Positions 8,809 to 17,415 of a DNA stretch of 34,897 nt are shown here, one piece after another. The position numbers were made by a program, and so were the translations under genes. Source of the stretch: Candidatus Woesearchaeota archaeon (lineage in GTDB: Archaea > Nanobdellota > Nanobdellia > SCGC-AAA011-G17 > JACPIM01); contig CAZELK010000009.1 of assembly GCA_964513145.1 (NCBI GenBank), forward strand, positions 1 through 34,897. The letters are read 5' to 3'. The notes beneath the pieces are model-generated. The model did no database searches. It had not been told where the DNA came from and saw only the letters and a list, made by a program, of their open reading frames with translations. Each line of letters opens with the position of its first letter. Within the stretch, counting starts at the first letter, position 1.

Positions 8809-10401
8809 CTATAGTGGCGTAATCATCCCATGAGCTTTCTTGTAAACATCATACAAAATTGAAGCCATGCTTTCTGCTTGTTTTTTTGCAGCACCCTTTT
8901 CATTGTCTTCCTGTTCTTTTGTTAAAGGTAAGGCTTTTGTGTCTGGTTTGGATTTTATATTAAGAATTTCTTTAAAACCTTCATAAACAGATTTGAATGG
9001 AACAAAAAGATTGTCTTGTTCTTTCTTCTCTTTTAAAAATTCAATCGCCCCGTCAACAGTTGCACTTTTTTTTAAAGCTTCAATTGCTTTGTCTTTTCCT
9101 ACTTTTGCTTTTTCCATAATAGAAATAACATCATCCTTGTTTACAGGAATGTTTTTTTCATCAGCTTCCTCTAAATATTTAAATAAAGAGTCTCCTAAAG
9201 ACTCTAAAGAAGCATTCAAGGAATTTAATAAGGCAAAATCTTCTTTTTCTAATTTATTTTTATAAGAACTAATTTCTTCTTGTGTTGCAACATACGCCTT
9301 GATAAAAACTTCTGTTCTTCCCATATGCACAGCCCCTCTTTGATATTCTTTTTGAAAAGACATTTCAGGCAATGCAACAAATCTTATTTTAACAAAAACA
9401 CATGGAAAGTATTTTTTAAATTCTCTGTCAACTTCAAAACCATTTGGTGTATTTTCAGTATAAGCAGTTCTTATCCCTAATAATTCAAGTTCTACCTTGC
9501 TTGTTTCAAAAGAACTGACTAAATGTGGGTCTTCAAATTTTTCATCATATCCCATTTGCAGCCTGGTTATATTCCTTAAATAAGGCTTCAGCCAGTTGAT
9601 ATACATCCTTATGACATTAAAATGCTGTCTTAAATATTTAAGTGTAAAATTTTTTCTGTCTCTTAATTCTTTTTCAGTTTTTTCCCTCCATACTAAAAAT
9701 TGTGCTAATTTTCTTGATAAAACCTCAAGAACTTTAATGTTAATCCCCTGCTTTTTCCAGGGCTCTAGCATCTTGCTGATGTCATTTTCTTTTTGTGGAT
9801 TAATTCTATAAAATAAATCTGGTAAAATGACAAAGCCAACCTGGCTAGCCAGTCCAGTGACAGATCCGGGATTTTTTGCTCCGCCTTCAACTAAATCTAT
9901 CCATACTGATTTCAATGCAACACTTAAAGAATCATCTTTTCTTTTGTAGCCATCATAATATTCCAGTCTTTCATCTAAAATTCTTAATTCTCTAATGATC
10001 TGAAATAAATCTTTTATCATTTTTCCTATAGTTGCTAAATAACCAGAAACTTTTTCCTGTTGAACAGATTTTCTTTGTTCTATGCTTCCCCAAAAACTGG
10101 AAGATTCTCCAGCAGAAAATATGTCTTTAAGTTTTTCAACCTTGCCTCTGTCACCGCTTAATCTTAAGCCGAAATCCTCCTTATTCTCCATAAACCTGAG
10201 AAACCAATAATAATTAGCCTCAACCCCGCTTCCAAAATTATCTATAATTAATCTATATCCCCCTTTAGGAACCTTGCCCTTAATCTCTTCTCCTAAAGGT
10301 TTAACTTCCTCTTTTTTTTCCTCTTCTTTTTTAAGACCTAAAAAATTATCTAAAATAGAGCCAAAGAATTTTGGTTTTTGTTGAGTAATTTGATCAGCCA
10401 T
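8809..10401 (-). CDS. Uncharacterised helical protein with a UBA-like insert
   Basis: Long ORF (~530 aa) with ordered motifs (EANYYWFLRFM, WIDLVEGGAKNPGSV, LKYLRQHF) and a UBA/NAC-C-like segment at ~9028-9150. Confidence 0.7.
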   Translation of the reverse strand: MADQITQQKPKFFGSILDNFLGLKKEEEKKEEVKPLGEEIKGKVPKGGYRLIIDNFGSGVEANYYWFLRFMENKEDFGLRLSGDRGKVEKLKDIFSAGESSSFWGSIEQRKSVQQEKVSGYLATIGKMIKDLFQIIRELRILDERLEYYDGYKRKDDSLSVALKSVWIDLVEGGAKNPGSVTGLASQVGFVILPDLFYRINPQKENDISKMLEPWKKQGINIKVLEVLSRKLAQFLVWREKTEKELRDRKNFTLKYLRQHFNVIRMYINWLKPYLRNITRLQMGYDEKFEDPHLVSSFETSKVELELLGIRTAYTENTPNGFEVDREFKKYFPCVFVKIRFVALPEMSFQKEYQRGAVHMGRTEVFIKAYVATQEEISSYKNKLEKEDFALLNSLNASLESLGDSLFKYLEEADEKNIPVNKDDVISIMEKAKVGKDKAIEALKKSATVDGAIEFLKEKKEQDNLFVPFKSVYEGFKEILNIKSKPDTKALPLTKEQEDNEKGAAKKQAESMASILYDVYKKAHGMITPL

Positions 10402-10456
10402 ATTCACCTTCTTTGCATAGAATTAAATATAACCTTGTTTTTAATTCTTTCTAAAA

Positions 10457-10825
10457 ATGTTGAAAAAATATCATTTAATAATCTTGGGCATAGTATTTAT
10501 AGACCAGATCTTAAAGTACTTCTTATCATTTAAAGTAAAAAACTATGGTGCTTCTTTCAGTATATTGCAAAACTATCCAGCCTTATTGACAATAATTTCA
10601 ATAATTGCTTTAATAGCCTTTATTCTTATATTTGTTAATTATCCGGAAGACAGGTTTTCTATGTCTTTTCTTATTGCAGGTACTTTAAGTAACTTAATTG
10701 ACAGAATCTTTTTAGGATATGTAGTTGATTATATTAGCTTGCCTTATTTATTTGCATTCAATATTGCAGATTTAGCAAACACAATTGGTGTCGTGATTTT
10801 AATGATAAAATTATTGAAAAAATAA
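10457..10825 (+). CDS. lspA: Signal peptidase II (lipoprotein signal peptidase)-like aspartic peptidase
   Basis: IDQILK, KNYGASFSIL, AGTLSNLIDR, GYVVDYI and FNIAD: all the conserved LspA blocks, with TM segments. Confidence 0.85.
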   Translation: MLKKYHLIILGIVFIDQILKYFLSFKVKNYGASFSILQNYPALLTIISIIALIAFILIFVNYPEDRFSMSFLIAGTLSNLIDRIFLGYVVDYISLPYLFAFNIADLANTIGVVILMIKLLKK

Positions 10826-10837
10826 TTAAAAAAAGAA

Positions 10838-10868
10838 AGCCCAATAAACAATTAATCTTTATTGGGCT
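10838..10868. terminator. 11-bp perfect hairpin between convergent genes
   Basis: AGCCCAATAAA-9 nt-TTTATTGGGCT between the lspA stop and the stop of 10889-13207. Confidence 0.55.
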
Positions 10869-10888
10869 GAATTTGGTGGAGCCAAAAA

Positions 10889-13207
10889 TTAAAAAAACTC
10901 ATTAGATAAATCTTTCTTGGTAAATTTTATTTCTCCTTTCTTTCCTTTTCCGCCTTTTTTAAGTACAAAATATACTGCTGCTAAAACTATTATAATTAAT
11001 ATTATTAATACAGCCATGCCTGCCCTGCTAGTAGGTTGCTCTGAAGTTGTTGCTGTTTCAGTCTGAATAGTTTCTTGTATTGGAGGTTGAACTACTGGCT
11101 TAATTAAAACATCTACAATTCCATCTGTAATCCCTCTCAATGTTACTATTAGATCATTCTTTCCATCTGCATCCAGGTCAATTTCTTTTGTCTCTCCTAT
11201 TTTCAAAGTTACATCAACTGGTGTTGACTCAAATCTTAAAGTTACTTCTTGCACATTTACTTCCAGGAAAGTTATTGTATGCCTTGTCTCACCATCAAGT
11301 GTAAATGACTTAGATTCACCATTTATACCAGAAATTTTTGCTTCAACTGGTGTTTCATCAGTTCTTTTGCTTAAATCTATATCAGCAATTTTCTCAACTT
11401 CTTCAGCTTCAGAAATCACCAAATCTTCTCCTTCAAAAAAAGCTGAAAATTCCAAAGTTTTTGTTGCTTTTAGCTTGACTTGATCTTCTATTTCACAGGC
11501 TATCGTATATTTGCCAGCCTCACCAGTATCAAAACTGGTAAAAGTAGCTTTGCCATCTAACGGACCTTTTTCAACTTTTCCACCACTTGGTTTAGTTAAT
11601 ATTATCTTAAATGAAACTGGAGAAGTATCATTTGATTCACATGTTGCCTTAATAGAATTTAAAGTTGCTAATCTTGTTTTATCTAAAGTAAAGGACGAAA
11701 TTGTAGGAACTAGCCCATCTAATGTAAAATTAAATCCTGCCCCATTGTTTGATAAATTTTTTATATTGCCTGCTGAATCATTAACAACTAGCATAAAATT
11801 AATTACAACATTATCCTGATAAGTAAATGCTGTACTTCCATTTCCACCAAATAAGAATGACCCATTCCATACAGAGTTGTTATTATTTGCGCTTGATTGA
11901 GTAACTAATCTATTTAATGTTAAGTTTCTAGGATTTAATCTTGTTGTATTTCCTGCACCTGATCTATTATGAGTGCTTGTTTCAGATAAACTTACTACTG
12001 TACCATTTGCTGTCCAATATAATTTAACAGAATCAACATTTGGTTCTGTTATAGTTACTCTAAAGTTTAAGCTGGAATCATTTTTTAAATAGATTGGGCT
12101 TCCTCGTAAAGTACCATTAAGACCATTTAATTCTAAAATTGTTGATCCATCTGTCACATTAAATAAAGAATTGGAAGAAAGATTAAAATTAGGAGTTTTA
12201 CCATCTATAGTTATATTAAATCCAGCCCCGCCATTTGAAAAGTTCTTGATATTGCCAGCAGAATCATTGGCAACTAACATAAAATTAATAGTAGTTCCGT
12301 CAACAAATAATGATAAGTTGGTAATGCCTTCATCACTTCCCCCGCCAACTAAAAAAGATCCATTAAATACTGATGCATTTAGACTTGAAGAAGGCTGAAC
12401 AATTTTATTTAAAGTTAAATTATTAATATTTATTCTTGTTCTAAAATCATTTAAACTGACTGGAGTATTATTAGTCGTCCAAAAAACCCTGACAGTTTCA
12501 ACAAAAGGATCTGTAAGCGTCACTCTTAAAGTTAAATTAGTATTGTTTACAAAATAAGCATTTGCAGTTGCTGTTGAAGTTCCGTTAAGACTTGCTTGCA
12601 AAGGAGTTATTGTTCCATCTGTTATGTTTAATAATGAAAAATTAGGTTGTATTCTGTCTATAGTTAAAGTGATATTTGAAGAATAATTGAAAGTACCTGT
12701 ATTATTGGTTGCTGCTGCACAAGCTATTGAAAAGTTGCCATCACTTAAAGTATTTACACCTGTCCACCCGCCATTTGCATTATAAGTTATAGTACCATTA
12801 GATATTCTAAAGTTTACTGAGTTAGAGGTATTAGTAGCATTAACTTGTAATACTTTAATTGTAAAATTAGAACTGTTTACTACATCATAAGTAGAAGATA
12901 TATTTAACCCAACATATGTGCTATTAAGATTATGATAAAAACTAACATTTGTAATTATAGCTGCTGAACCATTTTCAGGTAATGTTCTGTTATTTGACAT
13001 TTGTGCAGTACATGTAAAATTTAAATTTTCTCCTGTAGTAATATTAAGTTTATTTAATAATCTGCCACCTTCAGTAATATTATTGATTTCAATGCTGTAA
13101 AGACCTTGTGAAATATCCATGCTTTCTCCAGATCCAGCCCAAACAAAGATTACAAATAAGCTAATAAGAATAAAAAAACTACTAAATTGCATTAACCTCT
13201 TATTCAT
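10889..13207 (-). CDS. Membrane-anchored surface glycoprotein with duplicated Ig-like domains
   Basis: N-terminal signal; two ~155-aa repeats ending NDSAGNIKN.SN.GAGFN.T.DG; very many N-x-S/T sequons; DLDADGKND motif; Thr-rich linker; C-terminal TM and basic tail; GGTGA RBS. Confidence 0.8.
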   Translation of the reverse strand: MNKRLMQFSSFFILISLFVIFVWAGSGESMDISQGLYSIEINNITEGGRLLNKLNITTGENLNFTCTAQMSNNRTLPENGSAAIITNVSFYHNLNSTYVGLNISSTYDVVNSSNFTIKVLQVNATNTSNSVNFRISNGTITYNANGGWTGVNTLSDGNFSIACAAATNNTGTFNYSSNITLTIDRIQPNFSLLNITDGTITPLQASLNGTSTATANAYFVNNTNLTLRVTLTDPFVETVRVFWTTNNTPVSLNDFRTRININNLTLNKIVQPSSSLNASVFNGSFLVGGGSDEGITNLSLFVDGTTINFMLVANDSAGNIKNFSNGGAGFNITIDGKTPNFNLSSNSLFNVTDGSTILELNGLNGTLRGSPIYLKNDSSLNFRVTITEPNVDSVKLYWTANGTVVSLSETSTHNRSGAGNTTRLNPRNLTLNRLVTQSSANNNNSVWNGSFLFGGNGSTAFTYQDNVVINFMLVVNDSAGNIKNLSNNGAGFNFTLDGLVPTISSFTLDKTRLATLNSIKATCESNDTSPVSFKIILTKPSGGKVEKGPLDGKATFTSFDTGEAGKYTIACEIEDQVKLKATKTLEFSAFFEGEDLVISEAEEVEKIADIDLSKRTDETPVEAKISGINGESKSFTLDGETRHTITFLEVNVQEVTLRFESTPVDVTLKIGETKEIDLDADGKNDLIVTLRGITDGIVDVLIKPVVQPPIQETIQTETATTSEQPTSRAGMAVLIILIIIVLAAVYFVLKKGGKGKKGEIKFTKKDLSNEFF

Positions 13208-13268
13208 TAATTCACCTTAAATTATGTATAAAAATTTATATATATACTTATCGATTCCAAAATCCAAA

Positions 13269-13961
13269 ATGGAAAAAGCGCAAAAAATCAACCAAATTTA
13301 CAATATTTTATACAAAAGTTTCGAACCGCAGGGCTGGTGGCCAATTAAAAATAATTATTTTTCTAATGATTTTTCCCATCCGGATTCAGAAGAAGAAATT
13401 TTAGAAATTTGTATCGGGGCAATTTTAACTCAGTCAACAAATTGGAAAAATGCTGAAAAATCATTGCAGGAATTAAATAAATACAAACTTATAGATTTAA
13501 AAAATTTAAGGAAAATAAATACAAGTAAATTAGCTGAAATAATAAAGAGTTCTGGTTACAATAATCAAAAATCCATGAAAATAAAAGAGTTTGTTGAATT
13601 TTTAAATTCAAAAAAAGAAATTACCCGTGAAAATTTATTAAATATATGGGGCGTAGGTCCGGAAACAGCAGATTCAATATTATTATATGCATACAGGCAG
13701 CCATATTTTGTAATTGATGTATACACAAAGAGAATAATGCAAAGGCTCGGATTTAAAGAAAATAAATACGAAGAATTGCAGTTATTATTCATGAATAATT
13801 TAGAAAAAGATTTTAAAATATATAATGAATTTCATGCTTTGTTGGTTGAATTAGGGAAAAAATACTGCAAAAATAAACCATTATGCCAAAATTGTCCATT
13901 GAATAAAATCTGTAAATTCGGTAGCATAGGTAGCATAACCAATTTTGCTGATTCATTTTAA
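13269..13961 (+). CDS. Endonuclease III-related HhH-GPD DNA glycosylase with 4Fe-4S motif
   Basis: GAILTQSTNWKN, LLNIWGVGPETADSIL (HhH), VIDVY, CKNKPLCQNCPLNKIC. ATG at 13269 is the likely start. Confidence 0.85.
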   Translation: MEKAQKINQIYNILYKSFEPQGWWPIKNNYFSNDFSHPDSEEEILEICIGAILTQSTNWKNAEKSLQELNKYKLIDLKNLRKINTSKLAEIIKSSGYNNQKSMKIKEFVEFLNSKKEITRENLLNIWGVGPETADSILLYAYRQPYFVIDVYTKRIMQRLGFKENKYEELQLLFMNNLEKDFKIYNEFHALLVELGKKYCKNKPLCQNCPLNKICKFGSIGSITNFADSF

Positions 13962-14234
13962 GTCTTTGTAAAGTTTGTCCCATATCTCATCTTCCTTGCT
14001 CCATGCTCTTTTCATGCTTTCTTTAGTTAAGGATTTCCAAAATTGTTCTTCATCATCATCGATTTCTTTCAAAACTTCAGATTCTTTTTTCAAAATAATT
14101 TCATTATTTTCTTCTATTATGACTAATGTTGAAGATTCCTTAATGCCCAAATCCTTTCTTATTTCTTCAGGTATAACTATTTGCCCCCTTTCATTGACTT
14201 TGACAGTTCTTATTTTTTTATTCATCTTAATCAT
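13953..14234 (-). CDS. AbrB/MazE/SpoVT-family DNA-binding protein (orphan antitoxin-like)
   Basis: VKVNERGQIVIPEEIRKDLGI; acidic Trp-containing tail (WSKEDEIWD). No toxin follows it. Confidence 0.85.
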   Translation of the reverse strand: MIKMNKKIRTVKVNERGQIVIPEEIRKDLGIKESSTLVIIEENNEIILKKESEVLKEIDDDEEQFWKSLTKESMKRAWSKEDEIWDKLYKDLK

Positions 14235-14366
14235 AAATATAAATACTCAGAATTTATATGGCTTTATTATTTTGGCTTTCTCAAGAAGTCATTAGATAGA
14301 GTTTTATATAATTTTAGCTTGCACAAATATCAAAATTTCTGCACGAGAATAAATTAATATAATGAC

Positions 14367-15032
14367 TCAAAAATTAGCTTCGGAATTACCGATTAAGACT
14401 TGACCCTCATAATTATTCCACAGAACCTGTAGCCAACCAATAGCGCCAGGCTCTTCTTTATTCTTCATTTCTAAAACCTTTTTCATATTTTCTATCATAA
14501 ATTTTTTAGATTTTTCATGTGCTCTAAATGTATAATCTCCATTTATTAAAAATTTCATAAGTTCATTTGATGGCTCCAAAAAAAGGCTTGCCGTCTTATC
14601 TTTTGAAGGCGTGGCTGAATATCTATCATCTATCCAAAAAGAGAAAGGAGTAGTATAGCCTATAAAACATCCTTCATTATCTTTTACCATAACTTTACCA
14701 AAATTTACTCCTGCGTGGCATGCTCTAGCATACACAATTTTATCTTTTAATAAATGAATATTCTTATCTATCGAGAAAATAATTTCTCCGTTATGTCCTT
14801 CTAAAGAAGAACTACTTCCATGACCATTAATAAGAACTAATTTGGGGTCTTTTTTACGAACAAACTTTTCAACATTTTCAGAATTTGCTTTTTCACCTTC
14901 AAAATCTGTAATATCTATTCCTAATTTTTTTGCCTCTTTAATTATCAATAAAGAATAGTAACAAAGGTATTCAGTACCATCGTCATACTTGGGTCTTGTA
15001 ATCAGAACAATTTTATTATTCATTTGATTCAT
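14367..15032 (-). CDS. Putative clan CD (caspase/gingipain C25-like) cysteine peptidase
   Basis: Hydrophobic strand + NGHG (LVLINGHG), hydrophobic strand + AC (IVYARACHAG), then CFIGY: the order and spacing of the caspase-hemoglobinase His-Cys dyad. No signal peptide. Confidence 0.65.
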   Translation of the reverse strand: MNQMNNKIVLITRPKYDDGTEYLCYYSLLIIKEAKKLGIDITDFEGEKANSENVEKFVRKKDPKLVLINGHGSSSSLEGHNGEIIFSIDKNIHLLKDKIVYARACHAGVNFGKVMVKDNEGCFIGYTTPFSFWIDDRYSATPSKDKTASLFLEPSNELMKFLINGDYTFRAHEKSKKFMIENMKKVLEMKNKEEPGAIGWLQVLWNNYEGQVLIGNSEANF

Positions 15033-15270
15033 TTATGGTTTCTATTAATTTACCGCTTGTTAATGCTCGTATAAAACTCATTTGCATATCTATTATTTGT
15101 AAGCCAATATCATCCCCTTTTTGGATATGTTCCATCAATTGAGATTTATTGAATGTTCCCTTATCCCCTATAGAAAGTTTAAAATTTGGAGGCATAATTT
15201 CCATTCTAGCCAAAATCAATTTTTGTAATTCGGGAGTTATTTTTTTCCTTTCTTCTTTTTCTTTGTTCAT
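15016..15270 (-). CDS. Small hypothetical protein (84 aa), operon partner of the peptidase
   Basis: Overlaps both neighbours and shares a gap-free motif with 15267-15461. Confidence 0.75.
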   Translation of the reverse strand: MNKEKEERKKITPELQKLILARMEIMPPNFKLSIGDKGTFNKSQLMEHIQKGDDIGLQIIDMQMSFIRALTSGKLIETINESNE

Positions 15271-15461
15271 ATTATTTCTAGCTCTTTGAGAGTATTTAAA
15301 ATTTTTCTGCCTTTTTCTGAATTACTTTTTATCTCAAAATATGCAACATTCCAAGTATAGGGTTTGTCATCAATTACTGCAATAATATCCTCATTTCTGA
15401 CTTTTTCAGGCAAGTTAGAGAAAATCTTAAAAAACTTAACCCTTGATTCTTCAAAATTCAT
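15267..15461 (-). CDS. Small hypothetical protein (64 aa), first gene of the three-gene operon
   Basis: ATGA overlap with the next gene; TATA-like TTTAAATATATAAA upstream. Confidence 0.75.
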   Translation of the reverse strand: MNFEESRVKFFKIFSNLPEKVRNEDIIAVIDDKPYTWNVAYFEIKSNSEKGRKILNTLKELEII

Positions 15462-15635
15462 AATTATTTTCCATTATTTATATATTTAAAGATTATTATA
15501 TTTATTGCAATGTAGACAGAAATTATTGTACAAGAAAACAACTAGTTTTTATGCAAAGCACTTTGCCCCATGCTCAAAGATTCTTAATTCTGCATAATAG
15601 GTCTGATTTTTTATGTACTTATCAAACAAAGTCTG

Positions 15636-16061
15636 TTATTTTCTTTTTGGAATAAAATTCATAAGAACACCATTTTTACAATATCCGCAACCCAAAAAAT
15701 CATCCTCATTTTTAACTATAACCCATCCTTTTTTATTTAAATCACATTCTAAATTACTTCCATTTAGCCATTCTTCTTTTTTATTGATTTCTAAAACATT
15801 TTTAGTTGCCTTGCTTCCAATTAACTGCGTTCCAGAAATGCTCAGTCTTATTCCGCTTTGTTCAATCTTGCCAAAATACAACCCAAAAGAATTTACATTA
15901 AACCTGCTTAAATCTACTTTAGCTAAATCCTTTGTAATCAAAAAAATTTTATTGTCTTTATTTTTATAAAATAAACAGTCTAATTCTAAAGTTTTTATGC
16001 CAAACTGATTTTTCAGTTGTTCTAAAATTGTTTTTGTTTCTCTATTATTTAGATTAATCAT
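15636..16061 (-). CDS. RsmF/NOL1-NOP2-associated PUA-like ribosome-biogenesis protein
   Basis: FGLYFGKI...IRLSISGTQLIG...WLNG...GWVIVK...LGCG...NFIPK resembles the stand-alone C-terminal domain of RsmF/YebU. Confidence 0.7.
   Translation of the reverse strand: MINLNNRETKTILEQLKNQFGIKTLELDCLFYKNKDNKIFLITKDLAKVDLSRFNVNSFGLYFGKIEQSGIRLSISGTQLIGSKATKNVLEINKKEEWLNGSNLECDLNKKGWVIVKNEDDFLGCGYCKNGVLMNFIPKRK
16026..16050. repeat. 25-bp direct repeat, copy 1 (copy 2 at 18788-18812)
   Basis: AATTGTTTTTGTTTCTCTATTATTT is identical at both sites; it encodes NNRETKTI on the minus strand. Confidence 0.8.
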
Positions 16062-17250
16062 TTAACAGCCATTTCCAAACAGGTATAATTTTTATATTAT
16101 TTAATCTGTCTTCCTGATTTAAAGTAATCATTATTCCATTATTAATTTTTAATTTAGACATGGCTTCTTTTATTCCATTAATTTCTCTCTCTTGATTTTC
16201 CTCATTAATTTCCAAACAAACTTGAATAGCTTGTATTGCTTTTCCCTTGTCTTTTATAATAAAATCGCACTCATTTTTCTCCCTGAAATAAAATATTTCT
16301 TTATGCTTCCTTCTTAAATTTAAAAAAACAATATTTTCAAGCATTTTTCCTTTATCATCTGAGAAAGAGACAGAATTAACATTGGAAAAACCATTGTCTA
16401 TAGAATAAACTTTTTTTGGATTGATTTGCTGTTGTTTATAGGAATAACTAAACCTGGGAATTGTAAATATTAAATAAGCATTTTCCAAATAAAAAATATA
16501 GTCTATAACACTTTGTACAGATTTTATTTTAAACATGTTTTTTATAGAATTATAAGAAAATTCCTTTCCAACATTGCTTATAAGAAAAATTGCAATTTTG
16601 ATCAGGATGCTAGTATTTTTTATTCCAAATCTTACTGCTATGTCTTTCATTATTACATCAGAAAGTAACTCATTGAGTATAGCTGGATTATTATTTTTTA
16701 AATATTCGGGAAATCCCCCCTTAACCAGATACTCTTCAATAAATTTAACTGATGGATTTTCATTTTTAAAACTCAGAAATTCTTTGAATGAAAATGGAAA
16801 TAATTCGCTTTGTAAATGTCTGCCCGTTAATTTCGTGCCAAGCTCTCTGCTTAAAAGCGAAGCATTTGAACCAGTTATAATAATCTTTTCTTTTTTATCA
16901 ACTAAATATCTGATAAATTTTTCCCATTTGTCAATATTTTGTATTTCATCAAAAAAATAAATACCATTTTCGCCATATAACTCTGTTATTATTACTTCTA
17001 CCTTGTTAAAATCAGTTAATTCAAATCCATCCAGTCTGGGATCCTCTAAATTTAAATAATACCAATTTTTTTGTTTTCTCGATATTTGATTTAAAAAAGT
17101 GCTTTTTCCGCATCTTCTTACTCCAGTTATCAAAACAGCGAAAGAATCAGATATCTCAATATTATTTTCTCTTAAAATTCCAAGATCCAAATTATTCAGA
17201 AATTCTCTTTGAGAGATTATTATTTCTTTTAAAATATCCTTTGAAATCAT
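16054..17250 (-). CDS. AAA+ superfamily ATPase (COG1373)
   Basis: GVRRCGKS, YFFDEIQ, ITGSNA, YLVKGGFPE, KVYSIDNG, LENIVF, ECDF, PVWKWLL. Confidence 0.9.
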   Translation of the reverse strand: MISKDILKEIIISQREFLNNLDLGILRENNIEISDSFAVLITGVRRCGKSTFLNQISRKQKNWYYLNLEDPRLDGFELTDFNKVEVIITELYGENGIYFFDEIQNIDKWEKFIRYLVDKKEKIIITGSNASLLSRELGTKLTGRHLQSELFPFSFKEFLSFKNENPSVKFIEEYLVKGGFPEYLKNNNPAILNELLSDVIMKDIAVRFGIKNTSILIKIAIFLISNVGKEFSYNSIKNMFKIKSVQSVIDYIFYLENAYLIFTIPRFSYSYKQQQINPKKVYSIDNGFSNVNSVSFSDDKGKMLENIVFLNLRRKHKEIFYFREKNECDFIIKDKGKAIQAIQVCLEINEENQEREINGIKEAMSKLKINNGIMITLNQEDRLNNIKIIPVWKWLLND

Positions 17251-17260
17251 GAATAAAAGT

Positions 17261-17326
17261 ATTCATTCCCAATATATAAAAGTTTCTATTACCAATAGAA
17301 GAAAGTTTCTATTATAAATAGAAAGA
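17261..17326 (-). promoter_or_regulatory. TTCTATT-N3-AATAGAA palindromes at 23-bp period over the ATPase promoter
   Basis: Perfect copies at 17284-17300 and 17307-17323; degenerate copy at 17261-17277 overlapping the TTTATATA box. Confidence 0.65.
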
Positions 17327-17415
17327 AATTATGTCAAATAACCCGGCAAGAAAATATGCCAAGAATAGCTAAAAAATTCAAAAAAAGAAAAATTAGATAA
17401 TCACAGATATAATTT

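Noticed and set aside
15540-15635. Open frame continuing past the TAA of the RsmF-C-like gene (QTLFDKYIKNQTYYAEL…)
   Set aside because: Short, with no start and no motif; there is no evidence for read-through, and other genes show the standard code.
17261-17326. 23-bp periodic palindromes as a CRISPR array or iterons
   Set aside because: Only 2-3 copies with 6-nt gaps, located over a promoter; better explained as operators.
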